A program made the position numbers and the translations under genes. DNA of 64,000 nucleotides from NCBI GenBank assembly GCA_023703555.1, contig CP097968.1:205451-269450 (forward strand), in the 5' to 3' direction. The notes under the pieces were generated by a model. That model saw only the letters and a program-made list of their open reading frames with translations, ran no database searches and was not told where the DNA came from. Source of the stretch: SAR86 cluster bacterium (GTDB taxonomy: Bacteria; Pseudomonadota; Gammaproteobacteria; Magnimaribacterales; TMED112). This document shows positions 38,631 to 48,593 of this stretch, in pieces (within the stretch, counting starts at the first letter, position 1; every line of letters begins with the position of its first letter).

Positions 38631-39607
38631 AAAAATTTGGTGTAATAGAGGGCTTTTATGGGAAATTGATGAGCTTTGAAGGCCGTCATAAAATTTTAGA
38701 AAGTTTCTCAAAAAATCAATTAAATTATTATCTTTATGCGCCTAAAGAGGATCCATTCTTAAGACATAATTTTGATTTGGAGCCTTCCGATGAATGGAGT
38801 GAAAAATTTAAAAAGTTTCTTGATGATGCACATTCTAAATCTGTCGACATAGAAGTTGGACTATCACCAACTCTAGAAAGTCATACAAGCTTTATTCAAA
38901 AAAAGATTGAGTTTTTCTTGAATTTAGGTTGTAGAAAATTCTCGTTTCTATTTGATGATTTAGCAGAGTTTAATTTGAACAATCAAATCGAAATTGTCCA
39001 AGAATTTAAAAGAAAATACCCTCATGTAAATTTTTCCTTCTGCCCTACTGTTTATTGCACAGAATTGAGTACACAGGACGACAACTATAAAAAATACTTT
39101 CAAGACTTTTGTCAATCTTTTCCCAGGGATATTGAATTTTACTGGACAGGTGAAAAAGTAATATCAACAAAGTTAGAGATGAAGTCTGAAGCATTGTTGG
39201 AAAATTTTCCTACAGAAAATATTGCTGTTTGGGACAACTACTTCACTATAGATTCATGCCCTCAACTTTTAAACCTTACCAACATGGCTCATATTGATCG
39301 TTCCTATTTTGATAAAAAAATAAAGTTTCTCATGAATTTAACTGGGCTTCCAAGGACTGATTTATTGTTAATAGATGTATTTAATAACTACTTGAACGCT
39401 TCAGATAGTTTTTCAAATATATTGAATGAGCATGGCTTAGATGAGTATTTAATAAAGAATATTGATTGGTTTAATCCTGATTTAAAAAATAAATTATCCA
39501 GAAAAGATCAAGAAAAAATTGAGAAAATTATGCTCTCATGGTTTCATCCTTTAAAAAATGAATGGTATCCTTATCTTCATACATTAAAAAATTGGGGGAA
39601 AAAATGA
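38627..39607 (+). CDS. GH84-family beta-N-acetylglucosaminidase (O-GlcNAcase homologue), no signal peptide
   Basis: It aligns block by block with human and bacterial OGA. Matching blocks are GVIEGFYGK, NYYLYAPKEDPFLRH, the catalytic Asp pair in FSFLFDDL, FCPTVYC, FYWTGEKVIS and VWDNY. ATGA overlaps on both sides. Confidence 0.8.
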   Translation: MKKFGVIEGFYGKLMSFEGRHKILESFSKNQLNYYLYAPKEDPFLRHNFDLEPSDEWSEKFKKFLDDAHSKSVDIEVGLSPTLESHTSFIQKKIEFFLNLGCRKFSFLFDDLAEFNLNNQIEIVQEFKRKYPHVNFSFCPTVYCTELSTQDDNYKKYFQDFCQSFPRDIEFYWTGEKVISTKLEMKSEALLENFPTENIAVWDNYFTIDSCPQLLNLTNMAHIDRSYFDKKIKFLMNLTGLPRTDLLLIDVFNNYLNASDSFSNILNEHGLDEYLIKNIDWFNPDLKNKLSRKDQEKIEKIMLSWFHPLKNEWYPYLHTLKNWGKK

Positions 39608-41217
39608 GTAATATGCAGCCATGGAAACAAAATGTTGCGAGCATTATAGATTTTGCAGAGAAAATATTTCCTGACGTTGAAGTTGTCACACGAGAATTAT
39701 CTGGCAAGATTTCCACAACAAATTATAAAAATATTTCTTTACGTGCTAAGAAACTTGGCTCAGCACTTGAAAAGTTTGGGATTGAGAAAGAACAGTGCGT
39801 AGGATCGCTAGCACTAAATACTTTTAGGAACATGGAAATGTATTACGGCATTTCTGGGATGGGAGCTGTAATGCACACCATCAACTTCAGATTACATCCA
39901 GAACAAGTTGTTTATATTATTAATCATGCAGAAAATAGATTAATTTTTTTAGAGCCTGTTTTCGCACCTCTTCTAGAGGCTGTTCAGGATAAGTGTCCAA
40001 TGGTAGAAAAGTTTGTTTTACTTTGTGCAAAAGAAGAAATGCCTGAAACTAAGCTTAAAGACGCAGTTTCCTACGAAGAATTTATTGAAAATGGTGATGA
40101 GAGTTACACTTGGCCTGAACTAGAAGAGGATGCACCTTGTGGATTATGTTACACATCTGGTACTACAGGAAATCCAAAAGGAGTACTTTATTCTCACAAA
40201 TCAACATTGCTTCACGCTTGGGCGGGTTCATCTGCAAATGGTTTGGGCCTCCAAAAAAATGATTCTATTTTGATGGTTGTCCCTATGTTTCATGTAATGG
40301 GTTGGGGGTTACCATATCTAGCACCAATGAATGGAATAAAGTTAGTTTTACCTGGAATGGGTATGGATGGTGCTGCTTTAACAGAGTTAATAGAGAAAGA
40401 ATCAGTAACTTTAGCATTTGGTGTGCCAACAATATGGCTTGGACTGCTAAATTACTGTAAAGAAAATAACATTAAACTTGAATCAGTTAAACAAACTATT
40501 ATTGGAGGATCAGCTGTTCCATACTCAATGATAAAGCAGTTTGATGAAGAGCATGACATAAACGTTATTCAGGGCTGGGGAATGACTGAGACCAGTCCAT
40601 TGGCAACAGCAAACCTTAAGACACCAGCTATGGAGAAATTAAGTAAGGATGAGCTTTACAAGCTACAAACAAAACAAGGCAAACCAATTTATGGTGTTGA
40701 GTTAAAGATTGTTGATGATGAAGGAAGTGAACTCCCAAATGATGGTGAAGCCTTTGGAAGACTATTAATTAGAGGACCCTGGATTAATAAAAGATACTAC
40801 AAATTCGAAGAAGATGCTGTTGATGCAGATGGATGGTTTGACACAGGGGATATTTCAACAATCGATCCCGAAGGATATATGACAATTGTTGATAGAGCCA
40901 AAGACGTAATTAAATCTGGAGGAGAGTGGATAAGCTCTGTTGATTTAGAAAATGTAGCTCAAGGTCATCCAGATATTATGCAAGCTTGTGTAATTGGCGT
41001 TGCTCATCCTAAATGGGATGAAAGACCATTGCTTCTCGTTGTACCTGCAAATGACAAAAAAGATAAAGATGATATATTTAGTTACCTAGACGGCAAGATC
41101 GCAAAGTGGTGGAAACCTGATGATATTGTTTTTCTTGACGAATTACCACTTGGCGCAACAGGTAAAGTCCTAAAGGTAAACTTAAGAGATCAATATAAAG
41201 ACCATTTAATAAGTTAG
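39604..41217 (+). CDS. Long/medium-chain fatty-acid--CoA ligase (AMP-forming)
   Basis: AMP-binding motif [19 protein letters not shown] and [18 protein letters not shown]. It reads colinearly with Thermus LC-FACS as I recall that sequence. ATG 39604 forms an ATGA overlap with the upstream gene. Confidence 0.88.
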   Translation: MSNMQPWKQNVASIIDFAEKIFPDVEVVTRELSGKISTTNYKNISLRAKKLGSALEKFGIEKEQCVGSLALNTFRNMEMYYGISGMGAVMHTINFRLHPEQVVYIINHAENRLIFLEPVFAPLLEAVQDKCPMVEKFVLLCAKEEMPETKLKDAVSYEEFIENGDESYTWPELEEDAPCGLCYTSGTTGNPKGVLYSHKSTLLHAWAGSSANGLGLQKNDSILMVVPMFHVMGWGLPYLAPMNGIKLVLPGMGMDGAALTELIEKESVTLAFGVPTIWLGLLNYCKENNIKLESVKQTIIGGSAVPYSMIKQFDEEHDINVIQGWGMTETSPLATANLKTPAMEKLSKDELYKLQTKQGKPIYGVELKIVDDEGSELPNDGEAFGRLLIRGPWINKRYYKFEEDAVDADGWFDTGDISTIDPEGYMTIVDRAKDVIKSGGEWISSVDLENVAQGHPDIMQACVIGVAHPKWDERPLLLVVPANDKKDKDDIFSYLDGKIAKWWKPDDIVFLDELPLGATGKVLKVNLRDQYKDHLIS

Positions 41218-41225
41218 GAGGAAAA

Positions 41226-41675
41226 ATGGAAGCAATAAAACCTGAGAACTTACATTCAGAGATAGGTAGAACCCAAAGCACATCTTGGTTTAAAGTAGAT
41301 CAAGGAATGATAAATGCATTCGCTGATGCCACTGACGATCATCAATTTATACATGTAGACCCAGAGCAAGCTGCTCCAATATTTGGAAGCACTATAGCCC
41401 ATGGAGCTCTCATGCTGTCGTTGTCAGTTGGAAAAGGTTATGAAACTGCAATTCCTGTGGAGGGCACAAAAATGGCCATGAATTATGGCTACGACAAAAT
41501 AAGATTTATTAGTCCAGTCCCGGTTGACTCAAATTGCAGATATAACTCAGAACTTATAGAGGTGACGGAAAAAGAAGGTGGTCGATGGTTGCTAAAATTC
41601 AAAATTGAACTTGAAGTTGAAGGTGCAGAGAAGCCAGGTTTTGTTGCTGAAAATCTAGCAATGATTTTTGTTTAA
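41226..41675 (+). CDS. MaoC-like (R)-specific enoyl-CoA hydratase / hot-dog fold dehydratase
   Basis: 149 aa with the hydratase-2 type motif FADATDDHQFIHVDPEQA. Confidence 0.8.
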   Translation: MEAIKPENLHSEIGRTQSTSWFKVDQGMINAFADATDDHQFIHVDPEQAAPIFGSTIAHGALMLSLSVGKGYETAIPVEGTKMAMNYGYDKIRFISPVPVDSNCRYNSELIEVTEKEGGRWLLKFKIELEVEGAEKPGFVAENLAMIFV

Positions 41676-42783
41676 AAATTCTCTACTCTTTCTTATAATT
41701 TTTGTAGTTACAAGCTGCTCTTATTATTTGGATATAAATCAATGCAAAAGCCTTGGTACCATCGAGCTGATATGTGACTTACAAAATCCTGAAGATTTTG
41801 CAAAGATCCCACATGAAGATTCATTGGTTATTTCACAGTTTGCAGGATTGCCTGAGCTTAACGAAGGCAGAGTTTTAACTGGTAAGCTATCTAAATTAAA
41901 TCTAGATAGTAGAAAGGTTGAAGACTTTGAGATTAAAATTCTGGAAAATAATAATCTTGGAATAGGTCAAGACGACTGTAAGCCATTTAAAAATTTATAC
42001 CCTCATGGAATAGATATTTTTGATAACTTCTCAGCTGATACTAAAAATGCCAGTCCGTTCTTGGAGGAGGCTTCATTATTAGCAGTTGTAAATCATCAAG
42101 AAATTAGTAGTGTTGAGTTTTTTTTAGTTTTCCCTCAGTTTGTAAATTTCTCTGACAGATCAAAACCTACATTGATATGGGTTGGTTGTGTTAGTGCACC
42201 AAAAAAAAATACTTACTTTAATGATGTTGTAGTCTATGACAGCAAAGGTTCATTTTTTGCAACCCATCAATATGACAAAGATAAGAGATTTTTTGATCTG
42301 CTAGTACTAAATCTTTTTAGGTTTGATAGTGGTTATGTTTACCAATGGAACTATAAAAATGATTTCTCAATTGTACCAAACTCAGGTGGTGCATGGCCAA
42401 ATGGAATCGAAATGATAGGAGAAGATCTTTATGTTAATTACAGAATTAATGGAATGATTTCAAAATTTACTGGTGGCATAAGAAAAGACTTCATTTTGAG
42501 GACGTATTTAAATGGTGGCCCCGATAATGTTATTGCAGTAGGCAGTGATCTTTGGATTACTGGACAAGATACTGATCTGGGAGCTATTCACTGTATTAAT
42601 GAAGCAGTCATACAATGTCCAATGCCTTTTTTTGTCATCAAGGCAGATAAAAGTTTGAATATTCTTGAAGAATATAACTTTGAAGACGTTTCTTTTGGTG
42701 GAGCTTCGGTTGCGTATCCATTTAAAGATGAAGTTTTTATCGGAGCATATAAATCCGATCGTATTGGAATTTTCAAAAGATAA
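41668..42783 (+). CDS. Paraoxonase/arylesterase-like six-bladed beta-propeller lipoprotein
   Basis: TTG start and signal peptide FLIIFVVTSC. Blocks parallel mammalian PON1: LYPHGIDIF (FNPHGISTF), LLAVVNH (LLVVNH), WPNGIEM (FANGINI), PDNVIAVGSDLWITG (VDNISVDPETGDLWVG) and GASVAYPFKDEVFIGA. Confidence 0.65.
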   Translation: MFKNSLLFLIIFVVTSCSYYLDINQCKSLGTIELICDLQNPEDFAKIPHEDSLVISQFAGLPELNEGRVLTGKLSKLNLDSRKVEDFEIKILENNNLGIGQDDCKPFKNLYPHGIDIFDNFSADTKNASPFLEEASLLAVVNHQEISSVEFFLVFPQFVNFSDRSKPTLIWVGCVSAPKKNTYFNDVVVYDSKGSFFATHQYDKDKRFFDLLVLNLFRFDSGYVYQWNYKNDFSIVPNSGGAWPNGIEMIGEDLYVNYRINGMISKFTGGIRKDFILRTYLNGGPDNVIAVGSDLWITGQDTDLGAIHCINEAVIQCPMPFFVIKADKSLNILEEYNFEDVSFGGASVAYPFKDEVFIGAYKSDRIGIFKR

Positions 42784-42812
42784 AGCTAAGATGTAGAAGG
42801 GGAAACTTAAAA

Positions 42813-43139
42813 GTGAAATCATTTTTTTTAAAAACAATATATTGGATAGATAGTTCTTGGAAGATGCTTATGGATAATAGGTTTAATCCTTTAAGACATA
42901 TTCCAGATCCGTCAATTCAAGGATATTTTACTCTTGTTCTTTTTACTATGTGGAGTTTTTTCTTTGGTCTAGTTGCTACATATTATATGGGTTGGTATGG
43001 ATATAATGGTTTTATTTCCTTCGTGGTTCATTGCAGCTTAATCATTCCTCTTCTTCTGACAAGAGCTGCTTTTTTAGATGCAGAGCGCGACGGAGCAAAA
43101 TGGTTAATTCGTTTAAAAAAGCAAATAAATGAGGATTAA
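42813..43139 (+). CDS. Small integral membrane protein, unknown function
   Basis: About 2-3 TM segments (FTLVLFTMWSFFFGLVATYYMGW, FISFVVHCSLIIPLLL). The start is uncertain: GTG 42813, or ATG 42864 or 42870. Confidence 0.45.
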   Translation: MKSFFLKTIYWIDSSWKMLMDNRFNPLRHIPDPSIQGYFTLVLFTMWSFFFGLVATYYMGWYGYNGFISFVVHCSLIIPLLLTRAAFLDAERDGAKWLIRLKKQINED

Positions 43140-44572
43140 ATTAGCTTATTCTTCAAAATTATATTGACTAGACCAGGATTAGCTTTGCCTTGAGTTGCTT
43201 TCATTACTTGTCCAACAAAATACCCAAATAATTTATCCTTACCAGATTTATAAGCAGCTACTTGGGATGGATTATCATCTATGATTTTATCCACAATCGC
43301 TTCAAGTTCGCTCTCATTTGAAATCTGTTGCAGTCCTTTGTCTTCGATAATTTTAGCCACATCTTCACCGCTCTCCCAAATTGCTTCAAGAACTTCTTTA
43401 GCAATTTTTCCAGATATGGTGTTATCGGAAATTTTTTGGATAAGCACTGAAAAATTAGCTGTGGTAATCTTGCTCTCACTCAACGCAATATCATTTTTGT
43501 TGAGTAAAGCATTTAGATCGCCAATAATCCACTTTGCCGCAAGCAGAGCATCTGCATTCTCAGCAACTTTTTCAAAAAAGTTTGCAATTGATTTTTCTGC
43601 ACAAAGCACAGCGGCATCGTATTCATTTAAATTGTAAGTTTCGATAAGTCTTTTTTGTTTTTCTTCCGGTAATTCACTTAGGCTATCCTTTACTTCTTTT
43701 ATAAGATCCTCTGAAATGTTGTAGGGAACTAAGTCCGGGCATGGAAAATACCTATAGTCATTGGCAAATTCCTTTGTTCGCATAGATCTAGTTTCATCTT
43801 TTATAGAGTCATATAACCTTGTTTCTTGCTCAACTTTTGCTCCTGATTCTAAAATTTTGATTTGCCTTTTAATTTCGAAATTAATTGCTTTTTCAACAAA
43901 TTTGAATGAATTGATATTCTTAATTTCTGCTCTGGTTCCAAGTTTTGTATCTTCTGGTCGCATTAATGAAACATTAGCATCACATCTCATAGATCCTTGT
44001 GACATATTGCCATCAGAGATATCAAGATATGTAATTATTTGATGAATTTTTTTTAGATATTTAACTGCTTCTTCAGATGAGCTTATATCTGGCTCTGAAA
44101 CTATTTCTAAGAGCGGGATACCGGATCTATTTAGATCTACGACTGATTCCAAGTCGTAAATATCATGCATTGACTTTCCTGCATCTTCTTCTAAATGTGC
44201 TTGATGTATTCTAATTTTTTTCCCATCCACATCGACTGACCCATTTTTAACTATAGGGTAATGTAACTGGGTAATTTGATATCCCTTAGGTAAATCGGGG
44301 TAAAAATAGTTCTTTCTGTCAAAGACCATTGTTTTTGCAATCTCGGCATTTGTTGCAAGGCCAAAAGCAATTCCTTGTTTAACTGCACCATCATTCAAGA
44401 CAGGCAACACTCCAGGTAAACCCATATCAATCAGATCCACAAGAGTATTAGCCTCTTCCCCAAATTTATTGATTGAAGGTGAAAACAATTTTGTATTCGT
44501 TAATAGTTGGGTATGAATTTCTAAACCAATAACAGGTTGCCATCCATTTATGAGGGTGTCATTTTGTGCCAA
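43136..44572 (-). CDS. gatB: Asp/Glu-tRNA(Asn/Gln) amidotransferase subunit B
   Basis: N-terminus W.PVIGLEIHTQL, and NRSGIPLLEIVSEPD. Confidence 0.95.
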   Translation of the reverse strand: MAQNDTLINGWQPVIGLEIHTQLLTNTKLFSPSINKFGEEANTLVDLIDMGLPGVLPVLNDGAVKQGIAFGLATNAEIAKTMVFDRKNYFYPDLPKGYQITQLHYPIVKNGSVDVDGKKIRIHQAHLEEDAGKSMHDIYDLESVVDLNRSGIPLLEIVSEPDISSSEEAVKYLKKIHQIITYLDISDGNMSQGSMRCDANVSLMRPEDTKLGTRAEIKNINSFKFVEKAINFEIKRQIKILESGAKVEQETRLYDSIKDETRSMRTKEFANDYRYFPCPDLVPYNISEDLIKEVKDSLSELPEEKQKRLIETYNLNEYDAAVLCAEKSIANFFEKVAENADALLAAKWIIGDLNALLNKNDIALSESKITTANFSVLIQKISDNTISGKIAKEVLEAIWESGEDVAKIIEDKGLQQISNESELEAIVDKIIDDNPSQVAAYKSGKDKLFGYFVGQVMKATQGKANPGLVNIILKNKLI

Positions 44573-45978
44573 TCTGTTACCTCCTGAAATTTATTTGTAG
44601 TATTAAGAATTAAGTCTTCGGTAAAGTAGTTTCCAATAAATTGAGCTCCAATAGGGAGATTATTAGAAAAACCATTGGGAAATGATATTGCTGGTAGCCC
44701 TGCTAAATTTGCTGGTATTGTCAATAAATCCTCTTTATACATTTTATTTGGATCTGAACTTTCTCTATTCATTTTAAAGGCTTGATCAAGTGTAGTTGGT
44801 AAAAATACTAAATCCACTGATTCGAAAAATTTATCAAACTTTGACTTGATCATGCGCCTTACTCTTTGTGCTTTCCTATAGTAAGCATCATAAAAACCAG
44901 CGGATAATACATAAGTACCTATTAAGATTCTTTTCTGAACTTCCTCTCCAAAACCCTCAGATCTAGATATCAAGTAAAGATCATTAATATTTTCTGCCTT
45001 GGCCCGATGACCATATTTAACGCCATCAAACCTAGAGAGGTTTGAAGAACACTCTGCAGGAGCAATTACGTAGTAGGAGCAAATTCCACTGGAAAGCTCA
45101 GAAAAATCTAATTCATGAAAGCTATGTCCCATCTGCTGAAGTACATCTTTTGTATTCTCGTATGCCTTTAACACACTCTCAGAGATGCCAAAGTCTTCAA
45201 TTCCTTTTATAACTCCAATTCTTAGTTTACCAAAATCATTTACTAAAGAGGCTTCAAAATTCTTATCTTGTCGTTTGGTGCAAGTTGAATCCTTTGTATC
45301 AAAAGAGGACATTGCATCAAGCAAAGCGGAGCAACCAAATGCATCTTTTGCAAACGGTCCTGCTTGGTCCATGCTCGAACAAAACGCAATCATTCCCCAC
45401 CTTGAGATCAATCCGTAAGTCGGTTTCAAGCCTGTGATGCCACAAAGAGCCGCTGGTTGTCTTATTGATCCGCCAGTATCTGTTCCTGTGGAAATGCTTG
45501 TAATGCCTGCAGCAATACAAGCTGCTGAACCCCCAGAACTTCCTCCAGGTACCAATGACTTTTGCCATGGATTTTTTACTGGTCCAAAGAAGCTTGTTTC
45601 GTTTGAAGAGCCCATTGCAAACTCATCCATATTAGTCTTTCCAATCATAATTGACCCAGCCTCATAACAGTTTCTTGTAACTGTTGAGTCATATGGAGGA
45701 ACAAAACTTTCTAGCATTTTAGACGCACAAGTCGTCTTTTTACCTTTAGTGCAAAAAATGTCTTTATGTGCGATGGGAATGCCTCCAATAGGAAGATCTT
45801 TAAAATCGCTAAAATTATTATCAATATGTTCTGCATGTGCTATCGCGTCATCTTCAAACTTACTAATAAAAATATTAAGTTCTTCATGTTTATTGATGTT
45901 TTTAAAGCTGTCTTGAACTAGTTCTTTAGCGGAGACTTTTTTAGCTCTAAACTGTGCTCTAGTTTCTTTAAATGTCAT
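44548..45978 (-). CDS. gatA: Glu-tRNA(Gln) amidotransferase subunit A
   Basis: Amidase signature GGSSGGSAACIAAG..GTDTGGSIRQPAA. Confidence 0.95.
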   Translation of the reverse strand: MTFKETRAQFRAKKVSAKELVQDSFKNINKHEELNIFISKFEDDAIAHAEHIDNNFSDFKDLPIGGIPIAHKDIFCTKGKKTTCASKMLESFVPPYDSTVTRNCYEAGSIMIGKTNMDEFAMGSSNETSFFGPVKNPWQKSLVPGGSSGGSAACIAAGITSISTGTDTGGSIRQPAALCGITGLKPTYGLISRWGMIAFCSSMDQAGPFAKDAFGCSALLDAMSSFDTKDSTCTKRQDKNFEASLVNDFGKLRIGVIKGIEDFGISESVLKAYENTKDVLQQMGHSFHELDFSELSSGICSYYVIAPAECSSNLSRFDGVKYGHRAKAENINDLYLISRSEGFGEEVQKRILIGTYVLSAGFYDAYYRKAQRVRRMIKSKFDKFFESVDLVFLPTTLDQAFKMNRESSDPNKMYKEDLLTIPANLAGLPAISFPNGFSNNLPIGAQFIGNYFTEDLILNTTNKFQEVTDWHKMTPS

Positions 45979-46256
45979 TCAACTATTTTTGGCACTATAA
46001 AGTAATCCTCATCTGATCTAGGTGAATTATCAAGAAAATCTCTTTTTGCGTTTCGATCATTTTCTTTATCTGCTCTACTTACATTAGACAGCTCTAAGGG
46101 ATTATTTAGTGGTTCAAACTTTTCAAGATCAACTTCATTCATTTGATCTATTAACTGGAGTGTATTTTCTAGCTTCTTAATTAGTTCTAAGTAATCTTTT
46201 TCATTCGCACCCAGCCGTGCAAGAAATAAAAGATTTTTTAACTCGATTTTATCCAT
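45975..46256 (-). CDS. gatC: Glu-tRNA(Gln) amidotransferase subunit C
   Basis: 93 aa upstream of and overlapping gatA, with the typical LA.L......E and RAD segment. Confidence 0.85.
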   Translation of the reverse strand: MDKIELKNLLFLARLGANEKDYLELIKKLENTLQLIDQMNEVDLEKFEPLNNPLELSNVSRADKENDRNAKRDFLDNSPRSDEDYFIVPKIVE

Positions 46257-46307
46257 TAAAAGCCTTATTCTAGAAAGTCTTAACTATTATAGAGAATATA
46301 TAAAGTA

Positions 46308-47348
46308 ATGTTTAAGTTTTTAAGGGGTCTTTTCTCAAATGATATAAGCATTGACCTTGGTACAGCAAACACTCTAATTTATACAAAAGAAAGTGGAGTT
46401 GTCTTAGATGAGCCATCAGTAGTTGCTATTCAAGAAAGAAATGGTCAAAAAACAGTTGTGGCTGTAGGTCATGATGCGAAGAAAATGCTTGGAAGAACTC
46501 CTGGTCAAATGGAAGCAATTAGGCCATTACGAGACGGTGTAATTGCTGACTTTAATGTTACAGAAAAAATGTTGCAACATTTCATTAAGAAGGTATCTAA
46601 TAATGCAATACTTTCTCCGAGCCCACGTGTTTTAGTTTGCGTTCCATCAAAAGCAACACAAGTTGAGAAAAGAGCGATCAGAGAAAGTGCACTTTCAGCT
46701 GGGGCCAGTGTTGTAAAGCTTATTGAAGAGCCTATTGCTGCAGCCCTAGGTGCTGGGGTTGAAATTGACCAGCCACGTGGAAGCATGGTGATAGACATAG
46801 GTGGAGGTACATCAGAAGTCGCTATTCTCTCACTTAACGGAATTGTTTATTCAGAATCTTTAAAAGTTGGCGGTGATAAATTTGATGAGGCTATCCAAGC
46901 CTATGTAAGAAGAAAGTATGGCGTGGTAATTGGAGAATCTACAGCAGAACTTATTAAGCTTCAAGTTGGATGTGCGACTTTAAACTGTAAAAAAGAATTT
47001 AATCCTTACGAGTTTAGAGGAAGAAATCTCGCAGAAGGTATACCAGAAATGGTTGTCTTTAAAAAAGAGGATGGCTTTAGGGCTCTTGAAAATCAAACCT
47101 CTGCAATAGTGAGATCCATAAGGGCAGCTTTAGAACTTTCTCCCCCTGAGCTTGCAGCTGATATTTCTCAAGATGGAATTGTTCTTACAGGTGGTGGTGC
47201 TTTGCTTCACTGCTTAGACACCCTTATAGAGCAATCAACAGGCATACCAACACGAGTTGCAGACGATCCTTTAACATGTGTTGCAAGAGGTGGGGGAATA
47301 GCGCTTAGCTTAATGGATAAAGATTTTGATCTCTTTTCTGAGGATTAA
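46308..47348 (+). CDS. mreB: Rod-shape-determining actin homologue MreB
   Basis: [23 protein letters not shown] and VLTGGGALL. Confidence 0.97.
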   Translation: MFKFLRGLFSNDISIDLGTANTLIYTKESGVVLDEPSVVAIQERNGQKTVVAVGHDAKKMLGRTPGQMEAIRPLRDGVIADFNVTEKMLQHFIKKVSNNAILSPSPRVLVCVPSKATQVEKRAIRESALSAGASVVKLIEEPIAAALGAGVEIDQPRGSMVIDIGGGTSEVAILSLNGIVYSESLKVGGDKFDEAIQAYVRRKYGVVIGESTAELIKLQVGCATLNCKKEFNPYEFRGRNLAEGIPEMVVFKKEDGFRALENQTSAIVRSIRAALELSPPELAADISQDGIVLTGGGALLHCLDTLIEQSTGIPTRVADDPLTCVARGGGIALSLMDKDFDLFSED

Positions 47349-48139
47349 TGCAAAAAACAAACATTCCATTTAGAAAAAAAATTAATCAAATCATCTTATC
47401 ATTAACTCTGTTTGTCTTTCTTGTATTTCTATCAAACTTTGCACAAATAAATAATAACTCTCAGAGGATGCTTGCAAAATTTTTTGAAATTCCTCAAGCA
47501 TTAATTTCAGAGGTATACGAACAAATAGCAGCGTTTGAAACAGAACGAGTGGTGACTTTAGAAGAAGAAATCCAGTTATATCAAGAGAAAATATACCAAC
47601 AAAATCTCCTGATTGAAGAGTTGCAAAACTCAGGTTTTTTTTTATTTGACAAAAAAAATACTTTTGGAGAAGTATTTATTTCTGGTTTTGATGTAGTTAA
47701 TTATAAATGTTGTCAAAAACATAGAATTTTCATAACTCCAACTTTTGAGCCTTCAAAAAAGGTTTTTTCAGTATCCCAAGGGAGTTTTGCAGTTGGAAAA
47801 AGCACAAATAAAATTTTTGAGGAGTACGAGGTAACATTGCTTAGTGATCCCAATGAGTATGTATCTTTAAAAACCACGAAAGGTTTTTTTTGTATAGCTA
47901 AAGGAACAGGTAACGTCCAAAGGATACAATGTAAAAATGAATCCAAATCGGATCCATTTGAAGTGGGAGATGTCTTCTATACAACTGGTTTTGATGGAGT
48001 GTATCCCGAAGGGCTTATTGTTGGAAAACTAGACGAGATTATTGAATTTCAGGATGATGTCTTCTTGCAGGAACTACAAATTCTACTTTTCTTCGATCCT
48101 TACAAATCAATAAATAAAGAGGTAATAGTTCATGACTGA
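47348..48139 (+). CDS. mreC: Rod-shape-determining protein MreC
   Basis: N-terminal TM segment, coiled coil and beta-rich periplasmic domain (TTGFDGVYPEGLIVGK). Position after mreB. Confidence 0.8.
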   Translation: MQKTNIPFRKKINQIILSLTLFVFLVFLSNFAQINNNSQRMLAKFFEIPQALISEVYEQIAAFETERVVTLEEEIQLYQEKIYQQNLLIEELQNSGFFLFDKKNTFGEVFISGFDVVNYKCCQKHRIFITPTFEPSKKVFSVSQGSFAVGKSTNKIFEEYEVTLLSDPNEYVSLKTTKGFFCIAKGTGNVQRIQCKNESKSDPFEVGDVFYTTGFDGVYPEGLIVGKLDEIIEFQDDVFLQELQILLFFDPYKSINKEVIVHD

Positions 48140-48593
48140 TATTGTAAGAGTTTTAATATTTTGTATTTCAGTCATTCTTAACTACATACTTATAAATTCT
48201 GGATTTTGGCATCTCATGCCAGACATATTTATCTGTATAGTAATTTCTTACGCAGCTCTTTCGCCCGTTAAGGTTCCATCAATAAATTATTTCGTATTAT
48301 TTGGATTTATAGTAGATATACTTTTTTTGAATAGTACTATGCCATATATACTAACATTTCTGTTTATGGGGCTTTATTTCAATTTTTCTCAACGTTGGTG
48401 GATTCAATTATCACTGCTTGAACAAATATTACTTATTTTTTTAATATCAGTTACCTTAAATTCCTTAATTTTCTTTTTTCATTCTAGCTCAGAAATAGTT
48501 TATATAAGGCTTCTTTTAAATCCAATTCTTAACTCTTTAGTTTGGATATTAATTTTTATTCTTTATAGGAAAACATGGTTAAAAAATATTTAA
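48132..48593 (+). CDS. mreD: Rod-shape-determining protein MreD
   Basis: 153-aa polytopic membrane protein overlapping the mreC end. Confidence 0.75.
   Translation: MTDIVRVLIFCISVILNYILINSGFWHLMPDIFICIVISYAALSPVKVPSINYFVLFGFIVDILFLNSTMPYILTFLFMGLYFNFSQRWWIQLSLLEQILLIFLISVTLNSLIFFFHSSSEIVYIRLLLNPILNSLVWILIFILYRKTWLKNI

Noticed and set aside
37893-39607. Idea that the ThiF/MoeB E1-like enzyme and the GH84 protein form a novel ubiquitin-like or glycan system.
   Set aside because: moeB directly after hemA-prfA-prmC is conserved synteny in Pseudomonas-type genomes. Gene overlap is ubiquitous in this window, so adjacency alone carries little functional information. No ubiquitin-like or JAB partner is present.
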